DNA of 64,000 nucleotides from Phoronis australis (taxonomy: Eukaryota; Animalia; Phoronida), in contig NMRA01000622.1 of the NCBI GenBank assembly GCA_002633005.1, forward strand, positions 35,121 through 99,120, given 5' to 3'. The notes beneath the pieces are model-generated. The model was not told the DNA's origin, did no database searches, and saw only the letters and a list, made by a program, of their open reading frames with translations. This document shows positions 1 to 10,900 of this stretch, piece after piece (position 1 is the first letter of the stretch; each line of letters starts with the position of its first letter). The translations under genes were made by a program, and so were the position numbers.

Positions 1-544
1 GTCTGTGTGGTTTACTTGTTGACACATTATTAAAATTCAATATCTAGGTTGGACTCGAAAGACCGGCTATTTAACTCACGCAATGTCTACTTTCGCATTG
101 TTTATCGCAGTGAGCCTCGCTTTGGATTTTAATGTCCGCCGCGTGAATAGAGCCTATGGATGCATACAGTATGCACCGGCTGAGAGCTAAGGTCTGGTTA
201 TTATATGTTACACGTACGTTTGAAAGCTATTTCTCCCGGCGTCGCTCTTCATTTGTCTTGCTATCATTCCGATGAGGATTAGAATAGCATCCGCGTCAGA
301 GGCACTTGATTAGTGAAAGGCGAGAAGCGTGTCGACTTCATCAGGACATGGATAATTGTAGATTAAGGTGGCTAGAGACAATTTATCCACATAGCTTCAA
401 ATCAATGGACCAATTTTTGAGACCTGCAGGTGACGTTAGTCAAATTTCTGGCAACACTTCATACTGTTCGATTTGTCAGGCTGGGGTGTGGCATTTAAAT
501 AGTATGCGCGATCTGCTACTTCAGTACGTTAGTCGATTAGCGAT

Positions 545-1860
545 TGGTCTGAACGGCAACATGAAATATCTGGGCAAAGTGAACGGCTGCAGCCTGTGAC
601 ATCACAAACACCAGGGACACAGTGGCCCTGTTAAGGGAGAGTCTGAAGAAGATTAATGGGTGCCGCACTTCGTCAGGGAAGTTAAAGTTGTGGTGTTATC
701 AATTTGGTTTAATGCCAAAGATCTCATGGCTGCTATGGGTTTAGAGGATTCCAATATCAACAGTCGAGCCTATGGAATGGGAGGCAAACTAGCTTATCAG
801 GAATAGGTTGGGGGTGCCAGTGAGCTCCACGTCTGTTGGATTAAATAATAGGACGGCAACACTATCCCTTCAACTGAAAGGTCTGGTTAAAGACTTCAAG
901 TTGTCAAAAGGAAGAGAAGTTCTTACAATCGGAGACGTCACAGACAGATTTGTCCGTTTATCAGAGGTTCAGGAATCAGCAGGCCGAAAGTGGACCCGAC
1001 AAGTGGCAGTGAACAGAGCAGAGAGCCGCCTCCGGAATATGGACATAGGTGGCACGGTCTGCTGTGGTCGACAAGTTCCGGGTTTGGCACCATCCACTTG
1101 ACTGAAGGCGACAAAAGGGAAGTAGAAGCAAGACATGGAACTCAAGGAGATTCGTGAAGAGGAGGAAGAGAAGGACGTCGCTCGAACAGTTGATATGAAT
1201 AAACAAGGGGAGTGAACTACTTGGAAGGAAGTGCTTGGGAAGAGAATCACAGCAACGCACCGTCTCCACATGGAGCAGCAAAGGTTGAGGTTTAATTACG
1301 CTCAGTGTATGGCACCCTACCACCGAGGAGCAACCTTAAGTTATAAAGAAAAGGAGAACGATAGATGCAGCAGCTGCGGTAAATTGGATTCCTAACAACA
1401 TGCCCTCCCCAGTTGCAGGGTGGTCCTGGTGGAGGGGAAGTACACGTGCTGGCATAACAAGGTACCCACTAGACCTGGAGAGAAGAATCAAGCGGAAGGC
1501 AGTGAAGAATTTTATCCATTTTACGGCAACTGGCTGCAAGAGGCCTGTAACGCAAGGGGATTTTTTTCACATGGCCAATGATTGGTACATGGAGGCTGCA
1601 GATTTGTGGAAACAAAGCAGATTCTCTACCTTTATAGCTTCAACATCTTTAAGACCTGACATTGTTTTGAGGTCAGACACACCGGAGGTGGTAGTCTTGG
1701 TGAATTTAATTGGGCCATGGGAAACTAGGATACGGGAAGCCCAGGAGAGTACAGCTTTGAAGTACAGCGAGCTATAGGCCATGAGTGTTCGAGAAATCAG
1801 TGGAAGTGTAGGTCCCGGACTCGTCGCCATCAGTCCTCAGCTTCCATAGGAAAACATCTG
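545..1860 (+). mobile_element. Decayed RLE-type non-LTR retrotransposon (HERO-like), 3' part
   Basis: Frameshifted peptides KYLGK (~565), GKLKLWCYQFGLMPKISWLL (676), GRKW...AESRLR, GKYTCWHNKV, and the endonuclease motif SLRPDIVL...PWETRIREAQESTALKYSEL; clade assigned from recalled motifs. Confidence 0.8.
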
Positions 1861-3769
1861 GTTAACCTCGCGAGCGCGTGAAGTTCCTGCAAGGAGTAAG
1901 GAGATACAGCAGCGGACGCCGGACGGCCATATGCACCCACATATGTATATGAAGACGCATACAAATCACCCAGAAACTTTCTTGCCTTCACACGTACTGA
2001 TGGGTAAAATGTACCCATGTACAAATTGTGTGGTTGTATAAGTAGAGGTAGGCACTGGTGTACCCACGTGACCATTACCATGTGAAAATTACAAAAGGTG
2101 GTAAGCTATGTAATGTATTGACCATTTATACCATAACACAAGACAAAAACGTTGTGGTAAAGCACTGCCTAACTTGGTCTCAATCACAAGTAACAATTAT
2201 ATCTCCAAAGCATTGAAACGCTGAAATTAACGCGTCAGTACAACATAGCCTACAAACATATCAGATAAAACAGCTCAAAATTGGAAAAAGGTAAAAAGTG
2301 ATCAAAATAACCAGAAAATCCAACACATGAAGTAAAAGTACGGACTACCAGAACAGACAAATAATTAATCTTTATCAAGTAACTGAGTCAGTGGGATTTA
2401 AAGCCCAGTTTTCCTCACTGTGGGCAAATTTTGAGATAAGCCAAATCCAACCATCCCATGACCCCGGTTCAGACATCCTCTTATTTAGGGGTGTCCTCCA
2501 CAACCCTACTAAACATGTCAACTCAAGGTAGATAGTAAGTACTACTAGTTTTCTTGTCATTCAACATTATATCCTCACTAACGGACCACTGTAATGGCAG
2601 CTATTTTGGTAGGGTACCCTCGGTTACAAGCATACTGTGAAACATTATAAATTCTGATTAGGCGATATCTCTTCAAACTCCTAATGAACTAGTCTTGGTT
2701 AAGCACACAGGAAAAAGTGAAAGGCAGTCACGCTACCATGACAACTATTTCTAAGATTTTGCACACATTCTGACCTAACTCCTCTTTCAGTGGACCTGTT
2801 TCAATGCATTAAAATGTACTTTGTAGGAATTCGCTCTTGTGCTGGTTACACTGTCCCTGGTGAAAGTAAAGTATAAGGATTTTTAACTTTAATTGGCTTC
2901 ACTGTTCCTGGTTACGAACAATGTAATTTTTATGAAGTTTCTCCCTTTAACAGTTCCCACTGATTGTCTTCACTTGTTTACCTCAAAGTGTTTAAAACCA
3001 CCATTTACCTTGTTTTGACAAGTGACTACACTGTTAGCATCAGTAAATGGCACTGCACATCACAATCATGAATTCGATATCCCAAAAACAGGAAATAGAA
3101 GAAAGAGCGACTTCACTGGACTGAAAGTTTTGTAGCTCCATGGACAAGCGAGTGACAAATGAGTATACTACGCGCCAGCGGGTCAGGTATACCAACCCAC
3201 TAGTTTCTTGTACAAACATTTGTCATAACCGAGATTCTCTGATGTCCCATGGAAAAGTGAAGGGCCACATCCTGGTCAAGTACCAAGTTGTCCACCACAA
3301 ATGCAGCCCCGTGCCATTCCTCGTTCTGTACTATAAATTAGGGGTGGCCCTATAGTCATTGGGCTGAAAAGCCCTTCACATGGTCTTTCATCCCTAATTC
3401 ACTATCCAATTTTTGATTTTGTATTTTGTAGGACATGGAATAAACCACCACTACAGGAAAACGGGCAGCAATATCTGAGGACTCTTGCATTAAACACAGT
3501 GAAGGATGACTAGCTGTGATTGGTTGTCAAGATCAATGACCTAAGGTCATTGTCCCTATTTTAGGTAGTATGTATCAACCAACAAATACTCGATCAGCTA
3601 ATAAACACATGGTTAGTTAGTGCTTGAGATGTTCTAATTTGACAGCTGATCGACTGGTGGGGTTGTCTGGAGCTTTGATACAAAATTGTTGATTTTAAGC
3701 ACTTGAATTACACAATGAGTCTAATTAATAAGTCATATTTATGCAATGTTGGAAACATTGATGTTCAAC

Positions 3770-4030
3770 TGTTCTGGAAGGCACACCCGGAGGAGCAAGA
3801 CTGTCTACTGAAGGCACACCTGGAGGAGCAAGACTGTCTACTGAAGGCACCAAAGTCTAGTAAAGGTACCCCAGGAAGGGCGTGACTAACTACTGAAAGC
3901 ACCTAGGACGGGCACGATTGTCTATTGAAGGTACCTAAAGAGGGACATGACTAACTACTGAAAGCACCCCAGGACGGGCATAACTGTCTACTGAAGGCAC
4001 CCCTGGATGGGCATGACTGTCTACTGAATG
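3770..4030. repeat. Minisatellite, ~30-33 bp unit (gactgtctactgaaggcac...), possibly in the 3' UTR
   Basis: About 8 visible copies of ctactgaa(g/a)gcac. Confidence 0.9.
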
Positions 4031-4672
4031 CCCAATCCCACTAGTTACAGACTGAATAATACTTAAATTTACCTTGCCACATTAAAGCCCACTTTTCAAT
4101 TTTATGACTAATCTCCTATTATAAAACTTATAACTTAAGACTAGCATCATTTCACTTATTGAACATCAATTAATGACTACTTTGTACATAACAATAATTA
4201 CAAACTGTCAAGTGGAAGGTATACCTACAGTGTGAATATCGAGCACTTCCGTGACCAAACAGGAAATGGACGGATAACCATTAGTAGAATATATGCCAAT
4301 ACCACATAAAGCTTGTAATGACTAGAGGATGAACAGCACTCTCACAATGTCACAACACAGTGCCTACTGCAATAAGCAGTTCCTCCCTTCATTTTAAGAC
4401 CTCTTTGCAGGTCATTTTAAGCAATATCTTGCATAACATACAACATTTAACAATTTTGATAAGACTTATATCTTGTGCAGTTGTTCACTTGCTTTGTTAC
4501 ATTAAATTTCAAATTGTTGAGAAGACCGTGCAGTCTGAAATAGTTGCACAGCTATTGTTGCAAAATGCTAATTAGACTTCTCACAGAAATGTGGACAGTT
4601 GAAACTGAAGTAGAGCCTTTACTCTATTCCTTGACAGGAACATCTCCATGGTAAGGACTGTACTGTTCAGTT

Positions 4673-4959
4673 TTAACCTTGACCATTTTCATGGTTACCA
4701 GGCAAAACATTCTCCCCTGGCAACAAGTATGTGGGTGGTATACTAAAGAATATGTAAACAGCCACAGCGAGGGTGCAGATGAAGATGAGATTGACATTGA
4801 GGAAGGTGCGTGCGAGGGGGTTCTGCTGCAGAGTGGAGATCTGTGCCAAGTGCTGCTGGTTCTCCATCGCGTGCTTGTGACCTTGCATATCTGTGTCGAT
4901 ACCACAGAACCAGATAAAGCCACGCTGCAACATGCGACCCATTTGCACACGACAGGAGT
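4673..4959 (-). CDS. SLC5A3: SLC5 last coding exon: ...FIWFCG...[28 protein letters not shown]...GQG*
   Basis: ttgtag|AC TCC; WFCG motif and final TM helix (LNVN); TAA at 4673-4675. Confidence 0.9.
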
Positions 4960-7900
4960 CTACAACCAAAAGGTAATAATGTTAACAGAATTTCATGATG
5001 AATGCTGGCAAATGACTGTTAGAAAAAGTGATATAGGTCATGGGAAATGTTTCGGTTAAGAAGGACTCCAGAATAAATAACATTGAAATTTGATACATCA
5101 GATCTCAGAAATAGCTAATCACACTGTCTGATAAGAAGCTTTCAGACACCATAGTTTACCCACTGTTTCCCAAAATTGTAATTTTCCACTTTTGCAAGAA
5201 AAGCTAACAAAAACTAGGACTTCAATAAGTATTATGAAAAAACTCTAGAAGTTGAATAGCATGAAAATATCAAACAATAAAACCCAGTTTCTTGAGATTT
5301 CATCTTACCATTGTTTTAACTATACATACCTTACGTTTTTACATTTTTGCTATTAAATTTTACAGAAAGACAAGATCACATGACCTTACTACTAATGGCC
5401 GACTGGTAAAATGCCAAAAAATCAAGTTCAGCACAATTCTACTTTGCCCTAATACTGACAAAATTTGTAGATATTTGGTTTCATTTTAATAGACAGACTT
5501 ACAGATAAGTTGGTACATGACATAAAGGTTAAATAGGACTTTATAGAGTAGAATGTGTATTTAGCTAGTACACATTTTCAAAATTATAGACTGGATAGTC
5601 TGCATATGGGGTACAGCTCGAATCTAATATGTGACCCATACACACATCCACCACCGGACAGCTACCTGTAGATGCCATGCATCATTATGGTCACTGGTTC
5701 TTGTGTTTCATTTACTTATCACGCTGTTTATTTTCGGTAGCAGTACATCTTTCGCCGCTGTGACTAGGTTACTTTTAGTAAGCCGGTTCATTCCAGTGGT
5801 TACAATAGCATTTGCATAGACAAATAGTAGCTTGACTGGCTGGCTATTATAAATAATTACATATTAGCTTCTGTATGTTACGTGGATTTTTGGTGACTAG
5901 CGTTTCTCGAGTATAGCGACATTCGTTGACAAGATTAGTAACGCTAATCATGTGTTTTCCTCGGATGCTGGAATTTTTATATTAAGCACAGACTGTCGGC
6001 CAAACTGTTGTAAGTACTGAGTATTATGGCACAGCATGTTGTACTGTGTATCTACTAGCGAAGTTCAGAGCGTGTATAGTTGTTATTTAACGTATAGTTT
6101 CATTCAGATGCTTGTTTGGCGTATATGTTGGGCGGTACCTGGTTCATGGGGTAAGTAGTTACGAGTCGCAGTTAGGTAGTTGTTTGTGTATGGTAATGGT
6201 TCCCAGTTGTAGAATAGACAGTACGGGTTCCAGTTCATTGTCTATTGTTAGTGAGGTAATACTCGTTAGGCCTGTAATATAAAGTCATTATCACGGGTTT
6301 TTTAACACTGATATATAGTGTTTGTTAATTAGTTAGTACGCTTGTTTGCCGAGTACTCAGACTGTGCTTTTTTCTTTCTTGCAGATAACCGCTTGTTCGT
6401 TTTCACGTTTTCAATCCTTTTTCAGTATCTATTTTCAACGTGTCTTCGGTATCTCTTTCAACGTTTGTTCGGACACTCTTTCATCGCCTGCAATTCCATC
6501 ATTTGCCAATGCTGCACCGAATAAGGTGTGTTATACAAACGGCCTCTCCAGTTATAACTTTCAACTCATCCCTGTAGCCAGACGCGGCTACACTACCTAA
6601 TGACATCTAAGTCACTCACCCCATCCGTCACAGTGCCACCTACATGGAAATGTGGCCCAGCGAAACTAATGATCGACAGACAGAATTACATGTGTTGCGC
6701 ATCAGTGCACAGGACGTTTGTCGTATAGATTTAGTACCAGAGCCTGAAAAGTGAATCAATTTGCTGCTTTGTTGGACACCTTGTAATTCTGCATGCGACA
6801 AAAGCACTAGCTTATGTGGAATACATCAACTTACAATAGTCTCCTCTTGTGGTTGCCTTTCTAAATAGATGATTTGAAGCAGTCTACTGCAGATGCATTT
6901 TTCTACATCACCAATAGCAACGTCTAAATGTTATTTTTCACCCTATTGCAATGACTGTTACTTATTCTCATATTAACCAACATTTTACGCAACCAATCCA
7001 CGGTGCTACCTTTCGTAGCACTGATAAAGAGTGTACCTCCCCATAGTTTACCTTCTTCCTGTGTCACTGTCTGTGTAACTCCCATCAGTTTCTGAGCTGA
7101 GTCTTCAGTCATAGTTACTTTGGTCACGCCCTCCACAATCTGTTGAGGATATTAATGCATATACCTAATAATAAAACTTTACTGACAGTATTAAGGCCAC
7201 CAGACCTAATACATGTACATATCATTCAGTGCCCGAATATGACAGCTATCATCAGGTACAACCACAAAAATAATACATCAAGGTGTGAGCATTTCTCGTC
7301 TTGCAAAAGTACTAATAGACAACTGTCCGGCTAATTTCCATCCGTTATGTTCAGGCATAATATTTACAAAAATTTCTTGATTTACAAGCCTTGGAAAAAT
7401 ACCATACTTTGTTCTCAAATCAGCCTAATGTGCAGGACAATCAAGTAAAAAATGAATTTCATCTTCAACTACTCACTAATTGAGTTAAACTTCCCAAGGC
7501 CATATGGCTGGACCCTGCGATTTGTCATTCCATTATTAGGCAGACCATCGCAGGGTACAGCAACAGAACATGTAGCTTAACATCACGAGGGACACCAGGA
7601 TAACGTCATCCTTAGTGGCGGGGATCTCAGATCGGGTTAAATCTGACATGAGGGCCACGATATCTCCGTTTTGTTTAAACCCATGAACACAATAAGAATT
7701 AAGCCAGTCAACGAATGCCAAGGATAAGACCGCGCGACAAAAAAATCCAATGTTGTGTATGGTATTTCGAGCTCGGATTCAGGATGTGAGGAAACATTTA
7801 TCAGTGAAACCAAGCGAGCCCTGAAAAGTCAGGTCAGTCAACATTGCAGACCCAGTTAAGCAGATTGTTGCTAGGGATACTCAACTCACAAGACAGGAGT

Positions 7901-10900
7901 CGAGTCGTATCTTAGTCTGAGTTAAGTAAATGCTTCAGCAGGGGACACTCAACTCATGAGACACGGAGTCCAACAGTGGCTCAGACCCACTGCCCTTGAG
8001 TGAAATGATTGACCTGGGGTCACACAACTCATGAGACAGGAGTATAATCGAACCTTAGATTCACTGTCCTTAAGTGAAGTGTTTGAGCTGGGGACACTCA
8101 TCTCGGCTGAACTCTCATGCTCTGCTAGTTCTGGGTTCTCTGACTCTAACTCCAACTCATCCAGGCGGTGTGACTTGTCAAACCGTGTCCAGAAAGTGGT
8201 ACGGACCAGCTACAAAAGCGATACAATGCAGTATAACATGTAAAATACATGACAATGCAATGCAACATGACAACACAATACACCCCAATAGGACAATACA
8301 ACATTCAATGAATCACCTTGAAAAAACCTGGTTTTTAAGACCAGCGCCTACGATGCACTCTTTTGTCAGTAGAGCTGATGATTCTGTAGCGGTAAAAAGT
8401 GGCAAATGAACCAGCAAAACGTTACAATTATTTGATGAGAAAGATTAGTGTCTTTTCGCAGCTTAGTGTAAAAAAATCAACTACTAGCAATAGGAGTTGT
8501 CATACGGCATTGTGTGTACTTGTTATCTTCAGCTTCGGTGTAACTTTGCCACACTCGAGCTTTCATATTTTTCATCATAAAAGCACACACACGCACGCAC
8601 GCACGCACACACACACACGCACCCATACACACACAGAGGCAGATAGTTGGACTGTGCTTCATTTCAAAACATAAGAGTATCACCGTTACTAATCGGAGAC
8701 TGCTTTGAAATTTCTAGTTGTCAGGTAGACATTGAAAAGGTACACAGTACACAATGCTGTAGCCACCACTTTAGTTGCCTCCACATCAATTTTCCTTCTC
8801 TCAGCCATTGCCAATTTTCCCTTAAGTAAATTATTGCGGTAATATGCCCCTTTCTTGCATCCCAGAGAAGACAAACAGTGCCCCGGTTATAGCAGCTGAT
8901 CCTAATTGCAGGTCAGCACAAGGCAGTCACAGACATCCGTATGTTCCTGCTGAAGGCACCGTAGTCGGCTCGGGCTCTGCATTTCTTTATGTGTATGAGT
9001 GAAAATCAAGAACAGGCCAACATTCAGGAAAACACAAGTTGAATCGCAGTGCCGATCACGTGTTTATGGGACTAAGTTTTGAATCTCAGAAAAATGAAGA
9101 TGCACACAAAATATTCTGCATGGATGCACAAATGACCTCATGGATAAACAAAATACAATATAAGAGACAAGGAAGCTTACCATGTAGGCAGGCAGTGGCT
9201 CGGTCAACAGACTGACAGTTACCATGACGATAAGTGTGAGAAAGAAGAGGAGCATGGCGAAGTACATGTAGTGAAAGTTGCGCACAACAGGGGGACGCAT
9301 ATCTGGCTCTCCACAGACAGGTTCACGGTAGATAAAGTCTAGCACCATACGAATGAGTCCAACGACTAGACCAACCATCAGGCCACAGAATGCTCCCTGG
9401 GAATGATGAGATAATTATTACTGAAACTGTTATGATTATTTCCATAATTAATGTGTTGAAATTCAGTTATTGTATGCTTACAGTTCATTTTTTAGAAAAG
9501 TTTATCATATGCAAACATTAAACTAGAAAACGTAAAGGAAAGGGTTAGTGGTAGAAACTTGTAACATTTGCATGATTTGTTCTTTGTATTCATTTATGAT
9601 GTTCATTTTGTGCTAAGTGATGTTGCTGTTTTCACAACTATCTCTTATTGCATGCAAACATGTCATATGAAGTGACTGAATCTTCCATTGTAGTCATTTA
9701 CATTTAAATCTGAACTTAAACCAGCATTAGTGGCCTTTTGTATGTTTATCATAATAAAATTACATATTATTTGAACAAAAATTACTCTTTTGTTTTCTTT
9801 TGGCTACTAATATATGAACCCGTTTCAGTTGCTGGAAACTTCATTCCATTGTACATTCACCGGTGCAATCTGTTTTGAAACCAAATGGTATGCTGCATAG
9901 GTGGACTTGGAGGGGAAGAAGGTCAAGGCCTCCCGTCCGCACACGATAAAAATCAGCACAGACAGGTTGTTTGCAGTTGCTCAAATCTTTATCCAATTGT
10001 GACCAATTCTATTACTGATTCAAGAATCACGAACTATTGTTACATATAATTTATCTGTACATTCACCAACACAATCTGCTTTGAAACCAAGTACAGGGAC
10101 AGATCCAGGATTTTTTAAAAGGGGGTTGGATTACAGATTTTCTAAAAAGGGAGTCCAAGTCAACAATTTGAATATTCGAGATGTGATATCACTAAAATCA
10201 AGGGAAAAAGGGGGTTAGGACTCCCTTGACCTCACCTGAATTCGCCTACCAAATGGTATGCTGCAAAGGTGGATCTGGGGGGGGGGGACAAGGGTGCCCA
10301 CACCTCCCTTCCGCATACAATAAAAAACAGTGCTGACATGTCATTTTCAGGGCTCTCACAAGGGTTTGTCCTTCGAAAATTGACGTCACCCCCTCACAAG
10401 GCTGTCATGAAGGTTTGTCCCTTGCAAACTGAGGTCGGGGGCTCCCATCATTTTGACATATCCTACGGATCCATCTAAGGGACCCAATAATAAATGTGAT
10501 ACCTTCAAACACAGCATAAATTAAAGAACAGCAATATACAGTATTAGTACAACCTTAACCTAGCTGCATCTCATGAAGACGTTTGCTTTCTGTGCAATAA
10601 TTTGAGAATTCAAATATTTTAGCAAAATACATGACTGACTGCTTGTTGCAAAACAAATGGGAATGAGCATTTTACATTCCAAGCCAAACTGTCCTCATTA
10701 GAGATTGCAAATCATACTACAAATCATGAAACAATAAGTGACTGCTGTTTACACTTTTCTGGCCGCCAACCCGTTTTCAACACCTCGCTGGACACAGTTT
10801 TTTCCAGAAAATTCTTCAAAAACTGCATTTGTGATATCCAGGTCACACTGTTCCTGACCTCTGCTATGAGCAAAAAAGAGAACTGAATTATACTCTCCAT

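Noticed and set aside
2100-4672. 3' UTR end and polyadenylation signal
   Set aside because: No unambiguous AATAAA on the minus strand was spotted; the transcript end cannot be placed.
4679-5059. 126-aa plus-strand ORF overlapping the last exon
   Set aside because: Antisense shadow of the coding exon; no independent evidence. The other short ORFs in the track likewise lack recognisable domains.
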